64,000 nucleotides of DNA from an uncultured Pelagibacteraceae bacterium (GCA_902604565.1 CACKZF010000002.1:4693-68692), one strand, 5' to 3'; shown: positions 29,671 to 39,932, numbered from the stretch's first letter. The notes: generated by a model not told the origin, from the sequence alone. Numbers and translations: made by a program.

Positions 29671-31596
29671 ATGTTAACTCAAATAATAACCATACTTATA
29701 TTTGTATCCATAATTGGATGCATTATGTACGGCAGAAGATTAATACAAACTGAGAAAGTTGATGCTGTATTTGGAAATCCTGAAAGAGCTAAAGGTGGAA
29801 CCCATTGGGTTATTGTTGGAAGTGCTGCAATATTATTAGTATGGCTTTATTACTCTTGGGATATAGCAAAAGGTTTTTATCCAAAATCAGCAAATGAATT
29901 ATGTCAAGTTGCTAAAATAAATGAATCACTGTTAGGATTAAAATATCAATTTCCGATAGAGGAAAGAGAGTTTAAAAGTACATCGATCATAAAGATTGAA
30001 AATAAAAATCTTCAAAAAATAACAGCTGAAATACAAAATTCTAAAGATCTTAGTAATCAACAAAAAACAATTTTGGTTGGATATATAAATAAAACAAAAA
30101 AATTAATTCCTTTATTAACTAATGAAGATTTAATTGAAATTGATACTAAAATTAAAATAAATGAAATGACAAATGAGATTAAACAATTAAGTTCAAATTT
30201 TAAAAAAGAAGATTATCCATTTGAAACAGAAGTTGAAAAAAGTGAACGGTTAAAAGCAATATCTGAACAAGGTAACTGGGGCATAACAACAGTTAAATCA
30301 GGAACTGGTACTATAGAAAACACTATTGAAGTTCCGTTTGTTGCAGAAACCTCAAAAGGTTTAAAATTTCAAGCTGCAGCAGAGGAACTGAAAAAAATTA
30401 ATGATAAATTTTTTAAATTAAGAAATCACAATCCACAGTTCAAAAGTTCAATTAAAGAACTGAAAGATGAAGTTAAAGCTTATAGAAAAAGTTTAGATGA
30501 TAATGAAGAAATTGCCTCAGATTACGCTAAAAATATAGTAAAAATTGCAAGAAGAATTGAATTTGCAAGCATTTATCCGCCAAATGCACTAAATGAAATG
30601 CAAAAGGCGATTATTGAATTTGATGACCTTCAGGAGAAAGAACAAGCTGGTCTTAGATTAATTGATATTGTTTTATTTCCAGCTGGAACAATTGTTGCAA
30701 GTGGTCCGAGTTGCTCGGAACAAGGTTCTGGGAGATGGTTACCCAAACCGTCAGACACATTAAATAAATTTATCCTAATGTCTAATCCAAGTGTTGGTTA
30801 TAAAAATATACCTCTTCTCTGGATAGAAATGATTGATGTTAGTTCAATAGTTGGATTTATTTTACCAGATTGGATTGCTGATATTTTACCAGGCGAATAC
30901 CCTGTTCATACAAGCGAAGGGATAGTTAAAGAAAACTTTAAAGGAAAAGTTTTAAAAGTTGTTACAGGTGATTTTAAACTATTCAAGATACCTGTTCCTT
31001 ATGGTCATATCTGGGACTCGTTCTTAAGAGTATTTTTAGGATTAGTTTTTGGAATAATTATAGGAGTTCCATTAGGTTTATTTATGGGACTAAACAGATT
31101 TGCTAAAGGATTTTTTGATCCCTTGATTGAGTTATACAGACCAGTACCTCCATTAGCTTGGGCTCCACTTATAATTTCAGTACTTGGAATTGATAATACT
31201 GGAAAAGTATTTTTATTATTTATGGTTTCTTTATCAATTATGATTATATCTGCTAGAGCTGGAGCATCAGGGACTCAACTTTCTAAAATTCATGCTGCAC
31301 ACTCGTTAGGTGCTTCTAAAAGACAAATACTTCGACATGTTATATTTCCAAATTCTTTACCTGAAATTCTTACTGGAATTAGAGTCGCTGTTGGAATGTG
31401 TTGGGGAACTTTAGTAGCTGCTGAATTTTTAGCTGGAACTACAGGTATTGGATTTGTTGAAAATGTTGCGAAAAAATATTTTCAATATGAAGTAATTTGG
31501 ATAACAATTTTCATTATGGGAATGTTAGGATTATTATTTGATATAACTTTAAGAAAAATAATTGATAGAACAATACCTTGGAGAGGCAAGGGCTAA
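29671..31596 (+). CDS. tauC: TauC-type permease with a large N-terminal periplasmic extension
   Basis: C-terminal ~200 aa is a TauC/SsuC core (RPVPPLAWAPL, GTLVAAE); the N-terminal part has 2 TM plus a helical domain. Confidence 0.8.
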   Translation: MLTQIITILIFVSIIGCIMYGRRLIQTEKVDAVFGNPERAKGGTHWVIVGSAAILLVWLYYSWDIAKGFYPKSANELCQVAKINESLLGLKYQFPIEEREFKSTSIIKIENKNLQKITAEIQNSKDLSNQQKTILVGYINKTKKLIPLLTNEDLIEIDTKIKINEMTNEIKQLSSNFKKEDYPFETEVEKSERLKAISEQGNWGITTVKSGTGTIENTIEVPFVAETSKGLKFQAAAEELKKINDKFFKLRNHNPQFKSSIKELKDEVKAYRKSLDDNEEIASDYAKNIVKIARRIEFASIYPPNALNEMQKAIIEFDDLQEKEQAGLRLIDIVLFPAGTIVASGPSCSEQGSGRWLPKPSDTLNKFILMSNPSVGYKNIPLLWIEMIDVSSIVGFILPDWIADILPGEYPVHTSEGIVKENFKGKVLKVVTGDFKLFKIPVPYGHIWDSFLRVFLGLVFGIIIGVPLGLFMGLNRFAKGFFDPLIELYRPVPPLAWAPLIISVLGIDNTGKVFLLFMVSLSIMIISARAGASGTQLSKIHAAHSLGASKRQILRHVIFPNSLPEILTGIRVAVGMCWGTLVAAEFLAGTTGIGFVENVAKKYFQYEVIWITIFIMGMLGLLFDITLRKIIDRTIPWRGKG

Positions 31597-31606
31597 ATCA
31601 TATTAA

Positions 31607-32788
31607 ATGATAAAAAAGTTTAAAGTAAGTGTTTCTAAAAATACTTTAGACAACATATATAAAAAAGTAAGTAATTATCCTTGGAATAACATTCAAAAGA
31701 TGGATGGATGGCTACATGGTACCAATCATGATTACCTTAAAAAAATTTCTAAATATTGGACATCAAAATTTAATTGGAGGCTCCAGGAAAAAAAAATTAA
31801 CAAATTAAACAATTTTACGACCAATATTGAAGGTATTAAAATTCATTTTATCAGAGAAAAAGGAAGTGGGAAAAACCCAACTCCTTTATTAATATTACAT
31901 GGTTGGCCCGGTAGTATAGTTGAGTTTTTAGAAGTAATTGAAAAATTAGCTCATCCTGAAAAATTTGGTGGAAACAAAGACGACTCGTTTGAAGTAATTG
32001 CACCTTCTCTCCCAGGATTTGGATTTTCAGGATCTCCAAAAATACCACTAGGTCCTAGAAAAATTGCAAAAATAATGAATGAATTAATGACTAAAAAATT
32101 AGGATATAAAAAATATATTGCACAAGGTGGTGATTGGGGAGCAGCCATTTGTAATTGGTTGGGATACGATCATTCAAAATCCTGTAGGGCAATACATGTA
32201 AACTGTTTAACAATGAGACACCCTAAAGGACCACAGAATAAATCAGAAAAAGAGTGGGAAAAAAAATTCATTAAAGATCAAATTATGGAAGAAGGATATA
32301 GAACAATTCAAGCTACTAAACCCCAAACTCTTTCATATTCAATGATTGATAGTCCTGTTGGTGTAGCCGCATGGATTTTAGAAAAATTTCATTCGTGGTC
32401 AGATATTAAAAATAACAACATAGAAAGTGTGTATACGAAAGATATTTTATTAACTAATATTATGATTTATTTAATTACTAATACTTTTAATTCAGCTAGT
32501 TGGATATATTTTGGCAGAAGAGAAGAAGGTGGAAGAAATTTTCCTAAAAGTTTTAAAAGAATTAACGTACCTACAGGAATAGCTAAGTTTCCCAAGGAGA
32601 TGCTTGAATGGCCTCCAAAATCTTATTTAGACAGAATATTTAAAATTTATCAGTTTTCAGAAATGAAAAAAGGTGGACATTTTGCAGCTTTAGAGCAACC
32701 AGATATATTGGTGAAAGATTTAAGAAAATTTCTTAGAAGTCTTAAGTATAACCCCTATTCTCACAATGGAAGAGGTGGGTCTATATAA
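31607..32788 (+). CDS. Epoxide hydrolase (microsomal EHN-type alpha/beta hydrolase)
   Basis: FNWR.QE, LHGWPGS, QGGDWG, DSPVG, GGHFAALEQP. Confidence 0.88.
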   Translation: MIKKFKVSVSKNTLDNIYKKVSNYPWNNIQKMDGWLHGTNHDYLKKISKYWTSKFNWRLQEKKINKLNNFTTNIEGIKIHFIREKGSGKNPTPLLILHGWPGSIVEFLEVIEKLAHPEKFGGNKDDSFEVIAPSLPGFGFSGSPKIPLGPRKIAKIMNELMTKKLGYKKYIAQGGDWGAAICNWLGYDHSKSCRAIHVNCLTMRHPKGPQNKSEKEWEKKFIKDQIMEEGYRTIQATKPQTLSYSMIDSPVGVAAWILEKFHSWSDIKNNNIESVYTKDILLTNIMIYLITNTFNSASWIYFGRREEGGRNFPKSFKRINVPTGIAKFPKEMLEWPPKSYLDRIFKIYQFSEMKKGGHFAALEQPDILVKDLRKFLRSLKYNPYSHNGRGGSI

Positions 32789-32791
32789 ATA

Positions 32792-33847
32792 TTAATCTTC
32801 AAGAATTTTTATTTCATCAGCCTCAATCGTTAAACAAACTTCTTCATTAACTTTAAATATGTTATTCGTATCTCCCGATACTACATATAATTTTCCAAGA
32901 GTTGAATTAAATATATATTGGTAATTACTTCCTACAAAAGAAGCATTATTTACTTTTGCTAAAATTGAGTTTGAATTTTTTTTTTTACTAATGTTTATTT
33001 TTTCAGGTCTCAGTGCAACAGAAACGGATCCTTTTAAATCTCTTTCACTTTCAATTTTTACACTCATTTCTCCCAGTTTTAGTTCATAAATATCAGATTT
33101 TATATTTATTATTTCAGCCTTAACAACGTTTGCATCACCAATAAAATTAGCAACAAATTTATTTTTTGGTAAATTGTATAGATCTTTTGGACTTCCTTCT
33201 TGAGCAATTACAGCATTATTCATTACTATTACTTTATCTGATATAGCCAATGCTTCTTCTTGATCATGAGTTACATAAATAGTTGTAACACCTAATTTTT
33301 GTTGAATTTCCCTAATATCTTCTCTTACCTGTCTTCTTAGTTTTGCATCTAAATTTGATAAAGGTTCATCAAATAATAATACTTTTGGTTTAAGTACAAT
33401 AGCTCTTGCTACCGCTACTCTTTGCTGTTGTCCTCCCGATAATTCAGAAGGCATTCTATTTTCATATCCCTCTAAATTAACGAGTTTTAAAGTTTCCAAT
33501 GCTTTTTCGATATATTCTTCTTTGTTTACCTTAATCATTTTAAGACCATAAGAAACATTTTCAATTACACTCATATGTGGAAATAATGCATAAGATTGGA
33601 ATACCATTGATACATCTCTATCTGTTGCAGGTAAAATAGTTACATCTTCATTATCTATTGAAATTTTACCATCTGTAGCTCGCTCAAGTCCTGCAATTAT
33701 TCTTAGTGATGTAGTTTTTCCACATCCTGAGGGTCCTAATAAAGTTGTCAAAGTTCCAGCTTCAAAAGTGCAGCTAACATTATCAACAGCAACCGTTTCA
33801 TTAAACTTTTTTGTTATGTTTTCAAATTTTACTTCAGCTTTTTTCAT
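32792..33847 (-). CDS. ABC ATPase (FbpC/AfuC/PotA type)
   Basis: GPSGCGKT, FQSYALFPH, LSGGQQQR, TOBE-like tail. Confidence 0.88.
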   Translation of the reverse strand: MKKAEVKFENITKKFNETVAVDNVSCTFEAGTLTTLLGPSGCGKTTSLRIIAGLERATDGKISIDNEDVTILPATDRDVSMVFQSYALFPHMSVIENVSYGLKMIKVNKEEYIEKALETLKLVNLEGYENRMPSELSGGQQQRVAVARAIVLKPKVLLFDEPLSNLDAKLRRQVREDIREIQQKLGVTTIYVTHDQEEALAISDKVIVMNNAVIAQEGSPKDLYNLPKNKFVANFIGDANVVKAEIINIKSDIYELKLGEMSVKIESERDLKGSVSVALRPEKINISKKKNSNSILAKVNNASFVGSNYQYIFNSTLGKLYVVSGDTNNIFKVNEEVCLTIEADEIKILED

Positions 33848-36045
33848 TATCCAATATTTCCTTGTAAAATCCCTGCATTTTGATCTCGTCGTCCTAATTT
33901 ACGTTGACCTATTATTAATTGCATTAACATTATTGTTATTAACATAACAACTATTAATGCAGATGAATATACTATTGCTAAACCATAGTCATTATTTTCT
34001 AATCTTCCTAATATATACGATACAGCTAAGTCGTAATTTGCACTTACTAAGAAGATAACAGCACTAATTGCTGTCATTGCTCTTACAAAACTAAAAACCA
34101 ATGATGCTGTTATAGCAGGTTTAAGTAAAGGAAGAATTACATTTCTAAAAGTTTGAGAGCTGGATGCATTTAGAGTTGATGAAGCTTCGTCTAAATGAGG
34201 GTCGAGTTGGTTCATTGCAGCTATCCCTGCTCTTACACCAACTGGCATATTTCTGAATACAAAAGCAATCACTAGGATAATTCCAGTTCCAGTAATTTCA
34301 AGTGGTGGCACATTGAATGCAAAGACATAACTTACACCTATAACACTTCCTGGGATTGCAAAACTTAGCATCGTACCAAATTCAAAAGCATTTTTTCCTC
34401 TGAACTTATGTCTTGTTAATAAATATGCTGTTAAAATTCCTATTGCTGCTGTTGGTAATGCTGAAATTAATGCGATCGTAAATGTTGTATTAAAAGAATT
34501 CCATGCTGTACCAGTCCATAAAAGTCCTCTATCATTTACCCAATCAATGCTAAAAGCCTCAATGTAGTGCCTTAAAGTAAAACTATGATCAACTCCCCAC
34601 ATTTCAACAAAACCTCCAAACATAATCATCAAATAGATAATGAATGTTAATAATGCCCACGGAAGTACGGTCGAATATATCACCCATTTTGTTTTTTTTG
34701 GAAGTTCTGGATGAACTCCACTATCCCCTTTACCAGAAATTGAAATATAGGATTTTTTTCCTAGCCATTGATTTTGAAGATAAAATACTACTAGAACAAC
34801 GGATAACAAAATCATAGCTAATATTGCTGCTTTGGTTTCATCATATTGCGCGCCAACAATTGCAAAAAATATTTCAGTGGATAAAACATCGTATTCAGCC
34901 CCAAGTACTAAAGGGTTACCAAAATCTGCCAAACTTTCTATAAAGCCAAGTAAAAATGCATTTGCTATACCTGGCCTCATTAACGGTAAAGTAACAGTTT
35001 TAAAAACTTGCCACTTAGAAGCTCTCAATGTTTGAGAAGCTTCTTCCATTGATGGGCTTACACTTTCAACAACACCTATTAAAACTAAAAATGCAATAGG
35101 TGTGAAGGCTAGTGTTTGTGCAAACCATATTCCTGGTAAACCATAAATCCATCTTGATGGCTCAATATCAAATCCCCACTCAAGAAAAGTGCTTACAACA
35201 CCAGTTCTTCCAAATAAAATTATTATTGCTAAACCAATTACAAATGGTGGAGTGATAATTGGTAATACTGATAATATTCTAATCGTTTTTTTAAACCTAA
35301 AACTAGTTCTCGCAATTAGAAGAGCAAAAGCTAATCCTAAAACCGTTGATGAAAAAGCAGTAAGTGTTCCCATTGTAACTGTATTCCAAAACACTCCACA
35401 TGCATAATCACTATAAAGACAATCTAATCCCCAAATTCCTTTATTAAATATTTTGTCAGAAAAATTGCTTATTTCATATCCACCTTCAGTTCCTTTAAAA
35501 GCAACTGCAAACATTCTAAATATTGGAAAGAATACAAATGTAGAAACTAAAATAATTATACTTCCAATACTACCAACAATAAAATTATCACCATTAAGCC
35601 ATCCTCGCGAGGATAAACCATGCGTAATATAAAAAATGAATGTACAGCACGTCAAAACTGCACCTGATCCTATTCCAAACTGATTTTCTACGTCGCCAAA
35701 AATTGATTGAAAAATTTCAAAATTCCATCCTCTAATTCCAATTGAAAATCCTTGAAGAAAAAAATAAAAAAAACCAATTAATCCTGAATATAAAAAAATT
35801 TTAGAATAAAGTGGATTATTTTGTGTTAATTTTAATGTTGTTAATGGAAAAAATAGAGGAATTGCTAAGGGTAAAAGCCATTGCTTATTGTTAATAAATA
35901 CTTGAGGTAAGGCAGAGCCATAGTTTTCTAAAGAGTATTCTAATATCCAGTTAATTGAGAAAAACCCGTCACCAGTTACATACCAAGGAAAGATTAGGAA
36001 ACCCAATCCTCCTATGAGCATCCAACCGATAACGAGTCCTCTCAT
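33847..36045 (-). CDS. Fused double ABC permease (FbpB/AfuB type)
   Basis: Two EAA loops (EEASQTLRAS, DEASSTLNAS) and ADFGNPL. Confidence 0.85.
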   Translation of the reverse strand: MRGLVIGWMLIGGLGFLIFPWYVTGDGFFSINWILEYSLENYGSALPQVFINNKQWLLPLAIPLFFPLTTLKLTQNNPLYSKIFLYSGLIGFFYFFLQGFSIGIRGWNFEIFQSIFGDVENQFGIGSGAVLTCCTFIFYITHGLSSRGWLNGDNFIVGSIGSIIILVSTFVFFPIFRMFAVAFKGTEGGYEISNFSDKIFNKGIWGLDCLYSDYACGVFWNTVTMGTLTAFSSTVLGLAFALLIARTSFRFKKTIRILSVLPIITPPFVIGLAIIILFGRTGVVSTFLEWGFDIEPSRWIYGLPGIWFAQTLAFTPIAFLVLIGVVESVSPSMEEASQTLRASKWQVFKTVTLPLMRPGIANAFLLGFIESLADFGNPLVLGAEYDVLSTEIFFAIVGAQYDETKAAILAMILLSVVLVVFYLQNQWLGKKSYISISGKGDSGVHPELPKKTKWVIYSTVLPWALLTFIIYLMIMFGGFVEMWGVDHSFTLRHYIEAFSIDWVNDRGLLWTGTAWNSFNTTFTIALISALPTAAIGILTAYLLTRHKFRGKNAFEFGTMLSFAIPGSVIGVSYVFAFNVPPLEITGTGIILVIAFVFRNMPVGVRAGIAAMNQLDPHLDEASSTLNASSSQTFRNVILPLLKPAITASLVFSFVRAMTAISAVIFLVSANYDLAVSYILGRLENNDYGLAIVYSSALIVVMLITIMLMQLIIGQRKLGRRDQNAGILQGNIG

Positions 36046-36057
36046 TAATTCCTAAAA

Positions 36058-37095
36058 TTATCTAGGAATTACAGATACGTCGGTATCCCACTTACCTAAC
36101 AGTCCAGCTCTTGTGTTTTTGTCGCCATAAACTGCAAAGTCATAATCAATCAAATTAATAGTTGATAAATCAGGGGCATCTGGATCAGCTTGTGCTTTAG
36201 TATTTGCTGGTACCTGTAAAGATTTCCCTGAAGTGAAAACCATAGTTTGAATTGCTGGACTTAAAGCCCAATCATAAAACTTTTTAGCTTCCTTCATATT
36301 TCTTGCACCTGCGATAATACTCATAGATCCAACTTCATAACCTGTTCCCTCTTCAGGAGACACAGTTACAACGGGTAAACCTTTTTTAGTTTGTTTAACT
36401 CCATCGTGCTGGAAACAAATACCTATTAAATTTTCACCTCTACCAGTTGCTTTAATTGGAGCAGATCCTGATTTAGTATAAGTGTTTATATTTAAATGAA
36501 GTGCTTTCATATAATCCCAACCTTTATCTTCTCCAAAAATTTGAAGAATTGTTGCTAAAGTTGTGTAAGCAGTTCCAGATGAATTTGGATTTGCTACTTG
36601 GATTTCTCCCTTGTAAATAGGTTTTGTTAAGTCCATCCATGATTTTGGAGCTGGTAAACCTTTTTTAGCTAAAAGATCTTTATTATAACCAAATCCTAAT
36701 GCACCAACATAAATTCCTACAGATTTAAAATCTGCATTTTTTGCTTGGTTTTGTGCGGCAGGTAATAAATCATTAAAGTGAGTTGACTTATATTTTTCAG
36801 TTAAGTTTTCTTGTGCAGCTGTTAAGTGTGGATCTCCAGTTCCACCAAACCAAACATCTCCCTTTGGATTTGACGACTCTGCTTTAATTTTTGCAAAAGT
36901 TTCACCACTACTTGCTCTTGTCATAGCAACTTTTGTACCAGTTTCTTTTTCATAAGCTTGCTCAAGCATTTCACAAACATCTATTTCAACACTGCAATAC
37001 ATAGTTAATTTTGCAGCAGAAGCTTTGTTTGTTAATCCGAACAATGTAAATGAAAAGACTAGGACTATTGAAGCTAATTTTATTATATTTTTCAT
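36058..37095 (-). CDS. AfuA-like ABC substrate-binding protein
   Basis: YCS, DVWFGGTGDPH, NPNSSGTAY, FQHDG, GTGYEVG. Confidence 0.75.
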   Translation of the reverse strand: MKNIIKLASIVLVFSFTLFGLTNKASAAKLTMYCSVEIDVCEMLEQAYEKETGTKVAMTRASSGETFAKIKAESSNPKGDVWFGGTGDPHLTAAQENLTEKYKSTHFNDLLPAAQNQAKNADFKSVGIYVGALGFGYNKDLLAKKGLPAPKSWMDLTKPIYKGEIQVANPNSSGTAYTTLATILQIFGEDKGWDYMKALHLNINTYTKSGSAPIKATGRGENLIGICFQHDGVKQTKKGLPVVTVSPEEGTGYEVGSMSIIAGARNMKEAKKFYDWALSPAIQTMVFTSGKSLQVPANTKAQADPDAPDLSTINLIDYDFAVYGDKNTRAGLLGKWDTDVSVIPR

Positions 37096-37207
37096 ATATC
37101 CTCTCTTTTTTAATTGGTTGATGGTATTAAATTATAAAATTAAATGTTACAAAAATATTAATTTTGATTAGAAAAATACAATTTCTAGTTTAGTTTTAGA
37201 AAAATTT

Positions 37208-38212
37208 ATGGAAAAAAATAAACTTAAAAAAATAATAATTGAAATTTTTAAAAAATATAAACTTTCAAAAAGTCATTCTGCAATTTGCGCTGAAGCAATT
37301 ATTAATGCAGAATTAGTCGGTGCCCCAACCCATGGATTATCGAGATTAAAAATGTACTGCGATCGTATAAAAAAAAAACTGATTAATCCAAGACCTAAAA
37401 TCAAACTAAAAAATATTTCCCAATCTGTTACTCATATAAATGCAAATGATAGCATTGGATTTGTTGCTGCAGATACAGCCATAAAAAAAGCTATTAAAAA
37501 TGCTAAGAAAACAGGGATAGGATTGGTTGCAGTCAAAAATAGTGGCCATTACGGAATGTCGGGATATTACGCTGAACAAGCTGTAAAAAAAAACATGATA
37601 GCTTTAGTATTCACTAATGCACCACCTGCTATTGCCCCACATGGAGCAATAAAATCTTTATTTGGCACAAACCCAATTTGCTTTGGATCCCCAACAGGTT
37701 CTAAAGTTCCATTTATATTGGATACATCTGTCTCAATGATTAATAGAGGAAAAATTAGAGTTGCATCAAGATCAAATTCAAAAATTCCTGAAGGAGTTGC
37801 TTTGGATAAATTTGGTAATCCAACAACAGATGCAAAAAAAGCACTTGAGGGTGTTCAACTTCCTATAGCAGGGTTTAGAGGATCAGGACTTGCGTGGATG
37901 GTAGATATATTAAGTGGTGTTTACACAGGGGGTAATCACGGCGGAAAAGTGAAAGATCCTTTTGATGATTTTTCTGGACCACAAAATATTGGTCATTTAT
38001 TTATTGTAATGAAAGCAAACTTATTTCAATCAAATTATAAAAAAAGAATAAAAGAAAACATAAAAAGAATTAAAAAACTTCCTAAATTAAAAGGACTTAA
38101 AGAAATATTATATCCAGGAGAGAACAAATTAAGAAGATATAAAAAGAATTATAAATCAGAAATTAAAATTCCGGATAATATAATGGAAGATATTCGTATT
38201 TTATTGAAATAG
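37208..38212 (+). CDS. Type-2 malate/L-lactate (Ldh_2/ComC-like) oxidoreductase
   Basis: THGLSRL, NSGHYG, GTNPI, YPGE; possibly a sulfolactate dehydrogenase from context. Confidence 0.8.
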   Translation: MEKNKLKKIIIEIFKKYKLSKSHSAICAEAIINAELVGAPTHGLSRLKMYCDRIKKKLINPRPKIKLKNISQSVTHINANDSIGFVAADTAIKKAIKNAKKTGIGLVAVKNSGHYGMSGYYAEQAVKKNMIALVFTNAPPAIAPHGAIKSLFGTNPICFGSPTGSKVPFILDTSVSMINRGKIRVASRSNSKIPEGVALDKFGNPTTDAKKALEGVQLPIAGFRGSGLAWMVDILSGVYTGGNHGGKVKDPFDDFSGPQNIGHLFIVMKANLFQSNYKKRIKENIKRIKKLPKLKGLKEILYPGENKLRRYKKNYKSEIKIPDNIMEDIRILLK

Positions 38213-38221
38213 ATTTAATTG

Positions 38222-38557
38222 TTAACCTGCTCGTCCTAGATAATTCACCATTATAACCCCAGTTACAATTAAACAAATACCAATTAATCCATAAATATTA
38301 GGAACTTGATTATACTTTAATATCCCAAACAAAACTACCCCCGCAACTGTTAATCCGCTGTAAGTTGAGTAACTAAATGCAACAGGTATCACTGACATTG
38401 CTTTAGCCAAAGAAAACATTGTAACACTCATTAAAAGCAAACAAGCAATAGTTGGTGTCAGCTTTGTAAAACCATCTGAAATCTTTGCAAAACTGTTTGC
38501 AGCTATGCCTGTTGTAATTCCTAAAGCTAAAATTAAATATCCTGCAAATGGTTTCAT
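38222..38557 (-). CDS. SMR/DMT family small transporter
   Basis: 111 aa, 4 TM, KISDGFTK and IPVAFSYS. Confidence 0.75.
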   Translation of the reverse strand: MKPFAGYLILALGITTGIAANSFAKISDGFTKLTPTIACLLLMSVTMFSLAKAMSVIPVAFSYSTYSGLTVAGVVLFGILKYNQVPNIYGLIGICLIVTGVIMVNYLGRAG

Positions 38558-38648
38558 TTCTTTATTATTTACTAATTATTATTTATTACAATAACTGATA
38601 ATTGTTGAGAATGCCCAAATTTTTAGATTATTTATTTGATTATTAAAG

Positions 38649-38861
38649 TTAAATAGAAACAAAATATCCAAGTACTCCTAATCCAAAAAATAGTAATACG
38701 ACGATAGCTTTATTTTTAAAATTATCTTTTTTTTCTTGTTTAATCATTTTGAGTTTAAGAGCATCAATATTTACTTTATGAGGGGTATCAATATTTACGT
38801 TACCTGTTAATTGAGAAGAAATTTCAATATCAGATGCTCTTTTTAGGCTATTCAAACTCAT
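38649..38861 (-). CDS. 70-aa hypothetical protein with C-terminal membrane anchor
   Basis: ATG at 38861 (MSLNSLKRAS...) ending in AIVVLLFFGLGVLGYFVSI; divergent from the regulator. Confidence 0.55.
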   Translation of the reverse strand: MSLNSLKRASDIEISSQLTGNVNIDTPHKVNIDALKLKMIKQEKKDNFKNKAIVVLLFFGLGVLGYFVSI

Positions 38862-38907
38862 ATAAATACTATTAAAACACATATAAATTTTGATGCTATT
38901 TCTCAAG

Positions 38908-38975
38908 TGTCCGAAATGGGTTATTAAAATTTTATTTGATGTCCAAAATGGGGTCAAAAGACTAAAATGGGTTTG
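38908..38975 (+). promoter_or_regulatory. Three direct repeats (TGTCCGAAATGGGTT, TGTCCAAAATGGGGT, AGACTAAAATGGGTT), putative operators
   Basis: Copies start at 38908, 38940 and 38959; GC-containing in an AT-rich divergent spacer. Confidence 0.55.
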
Positions 38976-38981
38976 AGGAAA

Positions 38982-39932
38982 ATGATTAAAAACTCATTAC
39001 AATTAAGTGAAAAAGAAATTCAAAAAGTTATTGTAGAAAATTTTGATGAAATAGCTCCCTTTTACTATAAATTATTATCTGAATGGACTAATTCATCATA
39101 TGAAACATTTCAAGACATAGATAAGTATTTAATAATTCTTTATCTTATAAATAAAGATTTTGATTATTATATTCAAAATGGACTTGTAGAAAGTTATGAT
39201 ACTTTTTTCTTATATGATAAATCATTAGAACTAGACAGAATAAATATTATTGAAATATCAAAAAATTTAATTATTCCCAAAGAGAGTGCTAGAAGAAAAA
39301 TCCTTCGCTTAGAAGAATTTGGTGTACTAAAAAAAATTGGTAAAAAAATATATATCGATAGATCAGCTTTTAGACTGGTTCAACCTAAAAATACTCTTCA
39401 AAATTTATGTGCATTACTTTCAAAGATTAATGAGATATGTGAAAAAAATAATTTAATTAATCAATCTAAGCAATTTGATGAAATCTCAAATGAAATTAAA
39501 AATAATTTCACATATTGTTGGTATTTTTTTTTAGAGTTTATTTTTATTTTTACAAATAGATGGAAAAAACAAGTAGGAGATCTTGAAATATTTTCAGTTG
39601 GAATGGTTATAATGTGGTATTCACTTGTTACAAAATCTTATGAAGCTAATGGATGGAACTTTTCAAAGTGGAAAAAGAACAAAATAATAGTTCCTGAAAC
39701 TGGTGTGAATACTATGTCAATTTCTGAAATAACTCATATTCCAAGACCAACTGTTGTTAGAAAATTAAATTATTTGCTAAAAAATAAATATATAAGTGTT
39801 AATAAAAAAAAACTATTTAATGTTAACATGCAAGACAAAACATTAACTGATACCATTAAACTGCAGGAGAAAAATGTACTCTCACTTTCTCGTTTAATCT
39901 TTAAGATATTTGGGCAAATAAATATTAAGTAG
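38982..39932 (+). CDS. Tandem winged-HTH putative transcription regulator
   Basis: Internal duplication INIIEISKNLIIPKESARRKI / VNTMSISEITHIPRPTVVRKL; GAGGA before ATG 38982. Confidence 0.7.
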   Translation: MIKNSLQLSEKEIQKVIVENFDEIAPFYYKLLSEWTNSSYETFQDIDKYLIILYLINKDFDYYIQNGLVESYDTFFLYDKSLELDRINIIEISKNLIIPKESARRKILRLEEFGVLKKIGKKIYIDRSAFRLVQPKNTLQNLCALLSKINEICEKNNLINQSKQFDEISNEIKNNFTYCWYFFLEFIFIFTNRWKKQVGDLEIFSVGMVIMWYSLVTKSYEANGWNFSKWKKNKIIVPETGVNTMSISEITHIPRPTVVRKLNYLLKNKYISVNKKKLFNVNMQDKTLTDTIKLQEKNVLSLSRLIFKIFGQINIK

